From contig MU008217.1 of assembly GCA_010909165.1 (NCBI GenBank), positions 124,001 to 188,000 of the forward strand: a stretch of DNA of 64,000 nt, read 5' to 3'. The notes beneath the pieces are model-generated. The model did not search any database and was not told the DNA's origin. It worked only from the letters and a program-made list of their open reading frames with translations. Of this stretch, positions 11,650-23,295 are shown piece after piece. Each line of letters starts with the position of its first letter. Positions within the stretch are counted from its first letter, which is position 1. Position numbers and translations under genes: made by a program. The stretch comes from Anthoceros angustus. Its lineage: Eukaryota; Plantae; Anthocerotophyta.

Positions 11650-14600
11650 TCATCCATGGTCACGCAGGGGAGAATGCCACGAGATGCGATGTGTACATGT
11701 TCGCCTTGCCGAGAGTGCAGCGCCGCGGCCGTATTCCAGCTCACGTCTCGAGTTCATTGCCTTCGCCAAGTAATGCGCAGCTGCACGGACCATTGTGACC
11801 TTGATCGCGCTCCATATGGTTCAATTGTTGTGGTTAATGGCAGCCGCCCATGCACAATTGCGGACGATGGGCATGGGCAACCGTATGGTGGGCACCATGC
11901 ATCCCACGGACACGGTGTCACATATGTCCGAGGGCACCGTCAAAGCGATGCTACTAGTGATAGCATGAATTAGACAATTCGGAAGAGGAGACGGATGGTG
12001 AGGACTTGCCCACCGGTACACGTGGATGAGTTGTTGGCGAACCGACCGGCGAACGGAGGGCAAGCGATGCCAGATGCGTCGGGCGGTGAAACGCCTTGTA
12101 CGACATCCCGAAGGGCATGGTTCGAAGGAAAGCGGGCTAAGCGCCACACTCTTATTGTTGTCTTGGCAATCAATGTATGACATCAGTGACGTCGCCATGA
12201 CAGGACTTTTGCGGCTAATTGACCGATATTCGCCACCGGGCGCCAAAGACATGTACGAGGCCAAGGCACTTTTATACATGTTTGGGCCAAGGTACGAGAA
12301 AATCCACTGTTGTGAGAGGGACTGTGTTTTATACAGGGGAGAGTACGCCGACTACACGCATTGCCCAGAATGCGACACACCGCGGTTTAGGGAAGGGTTT
12401 GATGAGGAGGATGAAATACCGCGTAAGGTGCTTTGGCATTTTCCGTTGAAGGCACGCCTGGCGCGAATGTTTCAAATGCCACATACAGCCGAGATGATGA
12501 CATGGTATGTGGGGAAACAGAGCCAGGACGGGACATGACCATCATGGTGACACCAGCTTGACAGCTCTTGATGGAGTAGACGGCTTTGGGGAAGAGCAAC
12601 GAACGTAAGGTTTGCATTGTGCATGATGGCTTCAATCCATTTGGCCACAGTGTCCGCAAACACATCCATATGGCTTTTGTTGTTCGTGCACAATATGCCA
12701 CCATGGGCCAGCACAAAGGATGCGAATGTGATTATGCCGTTGATTGTGCTCGCATCGCCAGAAGGCGTCTTTATGGCGCCTTTAATCGAGGACTGCAGGA
12801 CCTTTGGAGAGGCATGGACACGGAAGACTTCTCCAAACCGTCAACCATCCAAACAGGCATTTCAAACTACGAAAGCGATTTTGCACGTCATAGCATTACC
12901 CAGCCTTGGGACCTCGGACGGATTGCAAGTGAGGGGCCCGTGCATGTGTTGATTCTTTGGGAGGACTTGGATTCACGGTATTCTTGGACTTGAAGAAAGA
13001 AATATATGCTGGTTTTAGGAGGTGGCTTCCGCGACGGACGGTGGTGCTGGTACAATGGAGTGGCGAGTATCGGCCCCACCGCCCGCCATCTTCGTCGATG
13101 TCATCAAGATATGGCAGAGTGAACGCGACCCCGGCGGACTGCGCCATCGAGGCCGGTTTGGAACCCGACGAAGGTCGGCCTTGTTTGTAGACCTCCCATA
13201 CTTGGCGGTTTTTTGAAATGGGCACCAAAGGACGTTATGCACGAGAAAACAACGCCGGCCATTTGGCACGCTGGGAGACCGAGATGACATAGCCTCGCGG
13301 ATGGACATGGAAGCGAGTGGAGGGAAGGGTGGTTATGGCTGTGGGAGAGGATGGCCATTGCTCGCATATGTCCCGGGTCGAGAGGAACTGAAACGGGTTA
13401 TTGCGAAATGAAACGCGCCAACGGGTACGGATCTAACATAGCTGCGAAAATCGCGAGCGGCAAGGTTGAGGGCGTGCGACCGCACATAATGATGGAAGTA
13501 GTCTTCCCTATTGTCCTCCGAGGGTGCATAGACCCGGCGTGTACAAGGCGGTGGTCAAGTTAGGTCTGCAGTGGATTTGCCACGGACAATACCGGGCCAT
13601 GAAATCCAAGCAATGAAAGAGGAGGCGAGGTGCGATCCGGAAAAGCAATTCCTCCAAAATGTTTGATATATCGACTCACCGATAATCCATCTAGTGGACG
13701 AGGTAGTGTTTCGGACCGGTGCACACGAGGTGGATGTACCGCCGAAAGATACCTTGGGACGAGCGGATGTCCGGCATGACGAGGCCGGAGGCGATAGCGT
13801 TGGGGTACTTGAAGGAGGAGAGCATGCACTATGGGATGGCATTTTTGCGGCGTTATTATGGTCACGTTGGAGGGCTATGGAGTGCGAGCGAGACGGAGAG
13901 AAGGTACTCGGTGGAGAGGTACAAATTGGATGCCGTGGAGGCAGGGGACACTATGTGTTGTACCACATGGAGGTGATGCGCTTCTAGATATGTACGAGGA
14001 AGAGGTCGGAGGTATGGTTCACGTGGAGACCGCGAACTTTCAAGGTTTGGCGCATGGAAGGGCTGCCAACGCATGGGAGAATCACCCGGCTATGACGGAT
14101 GAAGTGCGCGCTATCATGGACGGTCCACGAATGGAGTGAGCTTATCGGCATATGTGGAACAAAGGCAGCCACCTTAGAACTATAGAGGCGATAGACGGCC
14201 GAGCACTAAGACAAGGCGGTGCTCGCAAAATTTTAATGAGCGGACGATGAAGGTTGTGAAGGAGAGCGAGTGTTTTATATGGTCACATACAGAAATTTTG
14301 CGCTGCACTCGGGAGGAGTAGCAAGGTCAAGGTTCGTGGTACGAGTGTGTGAGGACCTGTGCCATCATTGCGACATCGTACACCGACCGGTGAACATGGA
14401 GAGACTTTGCACATACAGATGCGCTCCATCGATGGCCCATTTGTGTGGCCCTCACAGTAACCCAATGCATGCTACATCCGAGACGATGGATGAAAACATC
14501 GGGTGGGTGGCGCTCCCGCACCAAAGACGGGGATGGAGGGTAGGAACCCATGGATTGAGGCGATAGGAATGATCGTAATTGGGGTAGAGATGATGACGCG
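11650..14600 (+). pseudogene. CACTA TNP2/TnpD-like transposase (transposase-associated Cys motif, Transposase_21, DUF4218- and DUF4216-like parts), heavily frameshifted
   Basis: YEKIHCCERDCVLYRGEYADYTHCPECDTPRF...IPRKVLWHFPLKARLARMF (12026-12538); DGFNPFG...HNMPPW (12600-12950); HTRWMY...TRPE...LGYLKEESMHY (13719-13976). All are typical EnSpm transposase motifs. Confidence 0.88.
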
Positions 14601-16666
14601 CAAGTGACGGGTTTGCCGACCTCCATAATATGGCGGGCTTGCTGCACATTAATCCTCCATATATGAAACGAATAAATTGACAAAGACAACACTAAATGCC
14701 TCGAATGCACATTGGTGACGCTGCACTGATGGTAACCGGAAGTCAATGAACAAGGGATATGAGTGTGAAGCGGCGCGCTGGCCAGCATGTTCGCAATTGC
14801 CTCGAAGGACGCCATGGATGGCTCATATGTTTCAAATCTAAGGCCCGGTTATGCTGGAGTGCGATACCGCCATGAGGGACGAAGGAAGGAAAAGGTTGGA
14901 GAGGGAGCCAAAAATTGCAGGGAAGGAAGGTCAACGCATGCACGTAAAATGGCGGAGACTGAGAGGTGGCCAAGGATGTCGATGCGGCCGACGAACCTAC
15001 TACAATCGGGAGGCGTCTGCCGATGTGAGACCGAGGAAGGTGGAGGGGATGAGGAGGGTAGGTCTTGCCTATCCTCCTCATCCGCCCCATCCACCTTCCG
15101 GCTCAATCGGCGAGCACGGTGGGAGGAGGCCGCCATCGCAAAGGAGGCAACAAAGCGTGAAGGAGGGAAGACGCGATGGCGGGCATGTAGGTTCAGTTCG
15201 ATGAAACTTGGCACCTTCCATCCCGACGACGAATTGAGCAATGCAGCCGAGCTGCAGGACATGGACCAAGAAAGCGAAATCTTTGGACGAGTTAGTGTGT
15301 TGTGGCACAGATGATATCGTGACGCCTCACGCAACACATTGTACGTGTCCATATAGACGATCCGGATGAACGCTCATTTCCATGTGCATTGTGTGAATGC
15401 AATTGGATGTGCGAAGACGATGGATGGCAAGTAGGGGAATGGGAACTATCAAGGGAAGAGGAGAACAACCCGTCACGCTCTCCGGAGGAGTTGGATGTAA
15501 GAGAGGAGGACGAAATGCGGGAATGCAGAAGGTACAGCACGAAACGGACGGTCGGAGGGAGGGAGGAGCAGAAGGACCGACGGTGCAGAGGCCCTAGAAA
15601 GGGAATGGGGCGGAATTTGTTGCGGTGGAGGTGTCATATCAACCGCCAAGGTGGAAGGACAGGCACAATAGATGTGAATGCCCTCGTAAATGGTGTTGAT
15701 AACGAGGCCTTGGTGAATGCTTTGCTGCACAAGCATGGAGTGAAATGGCTGAGGAACGAATTGACAGAGTTGTGAAAGGCGTCGGCACCGTTGTTCGTGG
15801 GCTAAGCGAAGGAGACACGAAGAAATGCCGGAGCTAGTCGACAAAGGTTGTGAACGACTGGGTACCGACAAGGTGGAGGGACGCCCAAAAGCGTAGAAGG
15901 CCCGGTTAATCAAGTGTGTGGCGGAAGCCTTCCCAGTTAGTCAAGTCGTGCATAAGTAGACATTTCTCTCAAATGACGCGGACGCGAATGCCGATGTGTG
16001 ATGCTGCAAGGCGCTGGAAGAGAGGGAAAAGGGGAACTACCAATAGGAAACCTTCCATGGTGGACGATGAAGAGTGGGAAGATGCCTTAGCATGGGCACG
16101 ACACGAGCGAAAAGGAACGGCCGCTTTACCATCCAAGCACGAAATAGCAGCAAGGAGAGACTAGCCGAAATGGCGGTATGGGTCCAAACCCGTGGGGAAA
16201 GGGAGGTGACAGGGTGTTGCGGTTTCACAACGGTATGGCACGTATCCCGCAGATGACGAGGCGAGTATGGCATGCTAGAAGGAACGACAAACATGGAAGG
16301 GGGGCGGGCCCGGCGAGGGGCGATTCGGTGCCGGAGTTCCTCGGGGCGTGTGAGGAGGCAAAGTATGGACGAACCCACGATGCGTGAGATTGCCGGATAA
16401 CGCGGAAAGGATCTGGTCAATGATATAGAGTTGGAGAAGGATCCGATCTCGTGGCCTTCCAAGGAGGAGGATAGTGGAATGGGTCAATCCTTCACAACAA
16501 GGATGTGAGGGAAGCCATTCGAGCCGCAGGGGAGCCACAAGCATGTGGTGGAGAAAACGCGCACAAATGTGCGGGAAGGAAGGACGAATGGTGGGACAAC
16601 AAGGCGTAAGTGGAACCCGACATGGAGAGGGACGCCACGAGGTGAACGATCAACCATGGGAGGACA

Positions 16667-17320
16667 GGACATCAAGGTGTGGTAGGCCATGGAGCACCAA
16701 ATGACGTAACAAAAACAGGGTGCGACCGGCGAGAGAAGGAAACGCTTACCTGGGGCAAACATGACGCGGTGCGGCAGTGGCAAAATCGACATCGCCGACT
16801 ATGGCGAGGCGATGAGGTGGTGGTCCGACACCACGAACGGTTGTGGCGTAACATAGCAAAGGGTCATGATCGAGAGGGGGCATGGTGGGCGGGTGCCTCG
16901 GGAAACGGGGCAACGAAGAACATGGTAGGGAGAGGGGCGCACCGTAAGTGAGTTGTACATGGGGCCGTACATCCGTGGAATGGCGATGCTGGACATCAAG
17001 GCGGTGGTAGGCCATGGAGCACCAAATGAGAACAAAAAAGCGGTGCGGCCGTGAGAAGGCGCTTACGGTGGGGCACAGCGGTGCGGGCAGCCGAGCAAGG
17101 CGGTGACATCATGACTATGGCGAGGCGATGAGGTGGTGGTCCCAGCGACACCACGGGTGGTTGTGGCGAACATAGCGTGGCCATGATCGTGAGGGGGCAT
17201 GGTGGTATGGGTGCCTCGGGAAAGCAACGAAGAACATGGTAGGGAGAGGCGTCTAAGTGAGTTGTACATGGGGCCGGTACACATCCAGGGAATGGCGGAT
17301 GCAGTGGACATCAAGTGGTA
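16667..17320. repeat. ~320-bp degenerate tandem repeat (2 copies plus the start of a third) inside the CACTA element
   Basis: GGACATCAAG recurs at 16667, 16991 and 17306. Shared blocks include GGTAGGCCATGGAGCACCAAATGA, GACTATGGCGAGGCGATGAGGTGGTGGTCC and TAAGTGAGTTGTACATGGGGCCG. Copies differ mainly by small indels. Confidence 0.85.
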
Positions 17321-18807
17321 GTGGCGCAGCAGGATGGGCGGATGGACAATGGAGGCGTGAGGGGGACCGTGGGGTGACGATGCGCAATGGTGCCAAAAAC
17401 GTTGCCATCACCGGGGCAGGAATGGAGGCGCGAGATGAAATGAGACATCTCACACGGGATCCAGCAGCCTCAATGGACAGATCGACGGGCCACATGGTGA
17501 CGATGAGGAAGAGCACAGGAGGTGGCGGAAGAGGATGGAGATGTGAACCTGCGTCGAACTTTGTACCCACACATACCGCCGAGCCGATGCCGAGAGCATG
17601 GACCGCATGGGCTAAAAAGGTGACGCAACCTATGGAGGATGGAGGAGGAAGAGGAAAGGAAGGGAATGCCCGGCAAGGCGGATGGGGAAGGAAGAGTTAC
17701 ATCCGAGGGTCGGCAGCCAAGGAACGTGACAAGCACGCAATCGGAGGCGGAAGTGGGCGGAAACAAAACAAAGAGAAGGCCGAGAAGGTAAGCTCGCAAA
17801 TTGCAATCGCACTCGCCAGTTTTGTGCTTACAGCCAAGGGCCATGGGAATGGCATGTGGTCATATGTTCTTGCAAATCCTGTGAAACAGTGGAATCGCTG
17901 AGCCAAAGACGGAAGGAAAAAACCAGACCGCTTGAGGAAGGAAGGGCAAAATCGAACTGTGGGAGGTGCACCGCCGCATAATGACGAGAGTAGCCCAAAC
18001 GAGAACGGGCGGGGCAACAGAGAATGCCAACCACAACCCCAATTCACCCCTCCCCATGCGAGGAGGGAGCACGAGGTCGCGGATGGAGATTGCTTCATTC
18101 CTCGCGCGACGAGTGAGCACGGACACCGCGGATGCGGATGCCGTAGATTCATCCCGCTACCGAGGGAGGACCCAATTTTGGATGTGGATGCGCAAAGAAC
18201 CGCATGTTATCTGTAGGGTGAAACGCTTCGTTGTTCTTGTGGACGTAAGGGTTTCCAAAACAAGTACCCTATACGGGACGCCCACAAGGGCAAACACGAA
18301 AGTGACGTGAAAGGCACCGCAATAATAGGGTGGAAAAACACAGAAATTTGCCGCCGTATTGCAAAACGGAGTGGACAACAATACCACTTGTACGTGTACA
18401 TAATTTGAAAAGGCATCGATATAAATTTGAGTAATGACATCGGCAATACGCACTGGAAGCCAAGGCATATTATATACTTATAGTCCGTACACATAACAAT
18501 AAAGGTGGGGAAAAACAAAGGAATGAAAGCAATAATGGCAAACCCACATGGGAAGGAGGTTCGTACCAAGCCTCAAAATCAGAATATAAGAGGGTGTAAC
18601 ACTTTGGTTGTTGCAAATATGTTGAAATTTTGAAAGGGCCAAATACCGCCTCACTACATGCAACAAAATTGCAACAAGATCAACGCTGATTGTAACAAGA
18701 TGGAGGGTTGGTTACCAAGCTCGATGAATAAGGGCCAAATAAGTGTAACAAGACCCCACGATTTCAACATAATTGCAACATGGGGGGGTTCAAATCTTAA
18801 CAAAAAG

Positions 18808-18836
18808 TGTAACATAGGGGGCCATTTCTAGTAGGG
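18808..18836 (-). repeat. right terminal inverted repeat of the CACTA-type element
   Basis: TGTAACATAGGGGGCCATTTCTAGTAGGG followed by the TSD CAA. Confidence 0.95.
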
Positions 18837-19830
18837 CAACCAACAGCCCTGGGGTAGACGTTCTTGCATAATGGACTTCAGCATTTATATGCTTTCCTTT
18901 AGAGTTGTCATCCTTAATCCTCTTACGACAATCTTTAATCCAGTGCCCTGGCTTGCCGCAGTAGTTACAATTTCCTGGTTTTGAGGTTGATGAAGAGTTT
19001 GAGTTGGGCTGAGAATTGAAGGACGTATGACCTCTACCTCTGCCGAAACTTCCTCTACCTCTACCTCGGCTCCTACCTCTGCCAAAACCCCCTCTACCTC
19101 TATTGGAGTAAAGGGCTGTATCACTCTGTTTGTGAAATGTATGAATAGTAGAACCTCCCTTCATTTGTTTTTCGAAGCTTAAAGAAGAAGGGCTCTACAA
19201 CTACGGGATGCTTAGGTTGATGAGGCGGTAGGGTCGTATGTATGATCACTACAAGTGCAATCTAGAGCTAAAGTGTTCATAGCTAGATGGAAGAGAGAGC
19301 AGCAGTGAGCTGCTGCCCTAGATTACGAAGCGATCACTCCAAGCAGGATGCAAGCTTGGCTCTGAGGCTCGAAACTTGGCTACATGACTCTCAATAGACG
19401 ACTCCTTCATGCGTAATGTCGATATTGCGGTTCGGTACTTGCCAATATCCTTTGGGTCATAGGTTTGAGAGCAATGGCGGACCCGTTGAGGCTGCGTCAA
19501 TCTTATATAATTATCATTTCTGCGAGCAGGAGGTACTTGAGAATTGTGGCCTTCGTCCTTATACTTCCATTCTAACTTATCTTTCATTGTCCATGGTACA
19601 TAATTCACCCCATTTGGTATGCGTGTTCGGATAAGCTGGACTGTCACCCTCTTGATGCGGACCCATCCTTTGACTTCCATACCTGAAGCTTTTCCTCTAG
19701 GATCGGCACCCGCGACACTCCAGGCATCAAAGTTATTTGGATTCAGACGGTCCTTCTCTTGCAACCTATCTAACCACAGAGTCGAGTTAGTAGAGGCGAC
19801 ATGATGCTGCGAGTTAAAAGGCAGGATCAA
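18837..19830 (-). pseudogene. copia gag (frameshifted) with RGG-rich linker and zinc knuckle
   Basis: CNYCGKPGHWIKDC knuckle (ORF 18790-19164), LLLSLPSSYEHF motif (~19260-19310), and NFDAW...TLRMKESSIESHVAKFR (ORF 19318-19830). Confidence 0.85.
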
Positions 19831-20435
19831 GTTAGATGCGACAGTGAGCCATTTATTTCCTTGAGGGCGGGCAATGTACTCTCATGGCCATAGTCATCAT
19901 GGTCCGGAAATCTGCGACTTCTCTAGCATCTGCTCTTGTACGATGCGGGCGGTATCAATTCTTGATGTATATTCCAAGGCGTAGCACTTTTAATGTTCAA
20001 GAATTGAATTAGAATTGCACGATGTTGTGCTGAGAAAGCCTCACGGGCGTCGGGGTTTCTTGATGTGAAGTACTAACCCGTGATTTAAATAAGCTGACTG
20101 TTCGGGATATGAATTAGATGATCGAGGGCAATTTTGTATTCTTTGCGGATATGCGAGGAATAAAAGCGCGCCAAGAAGCAAGAGGCTCTCTCCTCTATGC
20201 TGTTGACGAGGATCTTGCTTTCTTATAATAAAGTTTCTCAAAATCGGGCTGTGTTTTGATGTGACTTCCTTTCTCAAACTACCATCCGGGGTTGCTATGC
20301 GAGACTTGCACTCCGAGGCATTTTATCTAGATCACTAGGGTTATGGCCGAGGCGCCATTATAACGGGTAATAGATAGAATTTTGAGCAAACTACCGATTC
20401 ATGGCGGAGATCAAACAATCAGAGCCACACCCAGG

Positions 20436-20447
20436 GCTCTGATACCA
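20436..20447 (-). other. primer-binding site complementary to the 3' end of initiator tRNA-Met
   Basis: Minus strand TGGTATCAGAGC immediately follows the LTR-terminal CA. Confidence 0.92.
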
Positions 20448-20672
20448 TGTTTCGTTTATAGGGTTCACAGTGAGAATGAAATCATAATCACGCTGAGCAA
20501 CCTTCCGCAGCATAAATCGTCTTAAAAGCAGAGAAAAAGTGCAGGGGAACATATATCCGTATCCCGTGAAAGCAGTTTAACAATAACTAACTTTAGCTTC
20601 TACAAAGGGTTGCAAAGTGCCTAAAGCTTATATTCAATATGTAACTTAACTAATAATTAATATTATCCAACA
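20448..20672 (-). repeat. putative 5' LTR of the copia element (~225 bp)
   Basis: Minus strand starts TGTTGGATAAT and ends AAACA abutting the PBS. It is AT-rich. The outer boundary is inferred from the TGTTGG motif because the second LTR is not in the window. Confidence 0.65.
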
Positions 20673-22119
20673 AAGCCGGCGGGTTTTGGCAACCATCATG
20701 GAGCCGGTATACAGGGTCTCTGCGGGCAAGCGGAAAAGACCCGGTGGGAAGTGGAAACACTAGGGGCGGATGGTGCTTCTCCGGGGAGGCCGAGTGGGCG
20801 GCCCAAGCCGCTAAGAAGAAAGCGGAGTCCTAATTACTCTCTCGAATCGAGGAGGGAAAGCCTTGAGGGAAGGAAGAGGAGGTCAGTCCAGGTTAAAGCC
20901 AGATCGGACCAAGACCCTTGACCGTCTTGAGCAACTGAGCGGTAGCAGGAGCCCGACGCTGAGCGGAGGACCTAAACTGCGAGAGGCGAGAGGACCTCTG
21001 CGAGGCGCGAGGGAGGTTGGAGGAGGCCCAAGGCAGTGAGGAGGGCCGAGACACAGCGGGCGGGGCGGCTCGTGGGAGCAGCTTTTCAAGCTGGCTGAGG
21101 CTCGAGGGTGAAAAGGGGCGGGAGGCTGACCCATGACTAAGACAGTGGGACCATTAAGCGCAGGATCGGGCAAATTGGAGAGGCAGCAGCCAGGGAACAA
21201 CACATGGCTAACTGAGAGGAGGTGAGTAGGTGGCAGCGTGAAGCGAGCACCCGGACACGTCAGACTGTCATCTTGAAGAGAAGGAGGCATGAGGGAGATG
21301 GAGGATCTCTGCAGGCTCGGGTTCGCGTAGGGGCGGAGGAAAGCGGCGGCGGAGATGGAGGGCCGCAAGGAGACCTTAGAGCCTCTGACTCAAGAACACA
21401 GTGGTGAGCAGGCAAGGCTCTTGGGCGTGATCGGCGATCGCAGCCAGGCGAGATAGGCGACTCCGGCTCTGTTGGAGAAGGCGGAGGAGGTGGCGATGGA
21501 ACAAGGCGGGACATCGCCGAAATGGAAAGGACACTGGATGCAAACCAAAGGAATCGGGCGGAGTTGCCGGACCGCTGGGACTTTGGGAAGGAGATGGCGG
21601 AGCTTGAGGCCGATGATTAGATGGAGGAGTATGAGGCCACAGGCGCGAAAAGAAGCTCTTGGTCGATTGAGGGAAAGGCGGAGGGCTGACTGGCGCCATG
21701 GCGAATAGGTGGGTGAGGAGTGTGCAAGCGAAGGGGGCTGGAGCAGGCGGAGGCCGGCGGGCTGCGAGGGAAGTAATGAGCCTCCACAGGTAGTCTCACA
21801 AGATTACACGCGGCTCAAGCTGGCTGAACACAGGCCGATGGAGCAGGCCGGAGCAAGCAAGGCGACATGCCTTTCAATTTCTTGCGGGCACACCTATGGC
21901 AAAGGGGTCTGCAGGGTGCTCAGGGCGCATGTGGAAGAAGCGATCCGGCCAAGTCGACACGGACTTTGCCTACTACATATTTGAGCTCCTCAAGGCTTTG
22001 GAGGTTCACGCGTCACCCGCGACAAGCAATGGGCCGGACCTCAGGAGAGAGATCGGAAAGGAGGGAGAGAAGAAGGGCCGGGGACCTTAGCACGAGCCTT
22101 GAATGGCGTTGTTTGGGGT

Positions 22120-22516
22120 ACGCCGTAGTAGTAGTTGAGCGCCGGGTTGTTCCCGTTCAGCAGGTTCAGGTACGGGCTGAGCGGCGGGGCGGATGCCGGT
22201 GTTCGCCGGTGGCGGGTAGTACGGCAGGCCGCCCCCGCCCGGGTACGGGTACGGCTGCTGGCCGACCGCCGCCCCCGCCAGCCACGCCGCCGCCAGCACG
22301 CTGCACAGCCGTGTCATCGCCCGTCTCCTTAGCGGGTGCCGGTGCCGAACCCGTTCCCGCGGCCGGAGATCTGGTTCACCGTCTGGGCGCGAGCAGGTGG
22401 CGCGAACAGCCGCTCCACCGGGGCCAGCACGCGGGCTGGGGTGTTGTCCACCGTCACCAGCCGCTGGGCCTTGATGTACACGTGGTCGCCGGGGAACAAC
22501 TGGTAGTCGGTCTGGG
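22120..22516 (-). other. bacterial-like (Planctomycete/Gemmataceae-like) fragment: C-terminus of a polysaccharide-export (Wza/SLBB-type) protein plus the start of a secreted protein
   Basis: Very GC-rich and intronless. Reads QTDYQLFPGDHVYIKAQRLVTVDNTPARVLAPVERLF...GTR* (stop 22331-22329), then GGAG, a 7-nt spacer and ATG at 22317 (MTRLCSVLAAAWLAGAAVGQQ, signal-peptide-like), then SPYLNLLNGNNPALNYYYGV after a frameshift. Ends at the only N in the window (22517). Family assignment is from memory of such proteins, not a search. Confidence 0.7.
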
Positions 22517-22517
22517 N

Positions 22518-23295
22518 CCTCGACGTTCGGCCGGTCTACAACGCCGACGCAACTGAGATCGTCGAGTACCGGACTCTCATCACGCTGGGCCTCACCATCC
22601 ACTCAACGACCTCGGGCGATTTTGAGGAGGTAGTGGTTCAACTGGTCGAAGACGATCTGGCCGAACTCCGAGCACAGTTCAGTCGTCTTGACAACAAGTT
22701 GTCGGTTCTGAAGAAGAAAGCACCGCTCGGTGGGCAACCTGGAAGGAGGGCGCACCATGAATGACAGCAGTTGTCCGCCTGTTCCGGGTAAGCGAAACGG
22801 GTACGGCTCGGTTGGTCGTTCCCCGAATACAGCGAGGACGCTTGGTCCCAGCGTTTTAAGGAAAAACGCCACCGAGCCACACGCCCAATACTTACGAGGT
22901 GGAAAGCACCCTCTGTTTAGTCCACAAGGCTGAGATTAAAATTGTCCAGTTGATGCCTAGTATCAGTTTTGGCGAAAAGGCTGTGGACATCGCAAAACGG
23001 CGGGCGGTCTGGGAAGTGGTTATGCCCTTATCCATCTTCTGTGCTGGGGTAGGCGGGCTGATCGCTTCAGCCGTCGGGGTATCAGTCCTGCCCGTGATTG
23101 CGGTCGTCCTCGTTGCGACCGCAATCACGGGCCGATGCGTATGCCCGACGTGATGTCCTTTTCCGGGAGTTGGCCGCCCTGTGGCCGAGCGTCACTCGGT
23201 ACACGGCGGTGTGCGGAACATGTGGTGCCGTCGCCTTTTCCTTTCACCTCGTCTCGGGGTGGATTCCGGAGCGGCTTTCTCCTTTGGTGCTATGA
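22518..23295 (+). other. second bacterial-like fragment: ORF C-terminus with an overlapping downstream ORF and a membrane-protein-like ORF
   Basis: Open frame 22519-22764 (LDVRPVYNADATEIVEYRTLITLGLTIH...LAELRAQFSRLDNKLSVLKKK...*). GGAGG at 22745-22749 lies 7 nt before an ATG at 22757 that overlaps this ORF's end. A hydrophobic ORF follows at 22899-23295 with one apparent frameshift. No introns. Confidence 0.45.

Larger units (their letters stand above)
3827..18836 (+). mobile_element. CACTA/EnSpm (CMC superfamily) DNA transposon, 15,010 bp, CCCTA termini, 3-bp TSD CAA
   Basis: Perfect 29-bp TIR CCCTACTAGAAATGGCCCCCTATGTTACA at 3827-3855 and its reverse complement at 18808-18836. CAA flanks both ends (3824-3826, 18837-18839). 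Internal TNP2-type transposase remnants. Removing the element restores the copia frame GLLV-ACLTSSKKDCQKWYLDSGA. Confidence 0.93.
1..20672 (-). mobile_element. Ty1/copia LTR retrotransposon, interrupted by a nested CACTA element; 3' LTR lies outside the window to the left
   Basis: On the minus strand, in order: LTR starting TGTTGG and ending CA, PBS TGGTATCAGAGC, gag with CX2CX4HX4C knuckle, protease WYLDSGA, integrase remnants, RT (DYHDTFSPVVK, LYVDD), RNase H (YCDADWAADQDTRRS, RTKHIEVHHHFVR). PR-INT-RT-RH order is diagnostic of copia. Confidence 0.93.

Noticed and set aside
20436-20447. tRNA-Met-related sequence as a tRNA gene
   Set aside because: It is only the 12-nt PBS complement, with no cloverleaf. 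No tRNA or rRNA genes were recognised anywhere in the window.
20673-22110. GC-rich flank with coiled-coil-like broken reading frames
   Set aside because: Many stops and frameshifts and no recognisable domain. It may be another decayed repeat, but I cannot support a call.
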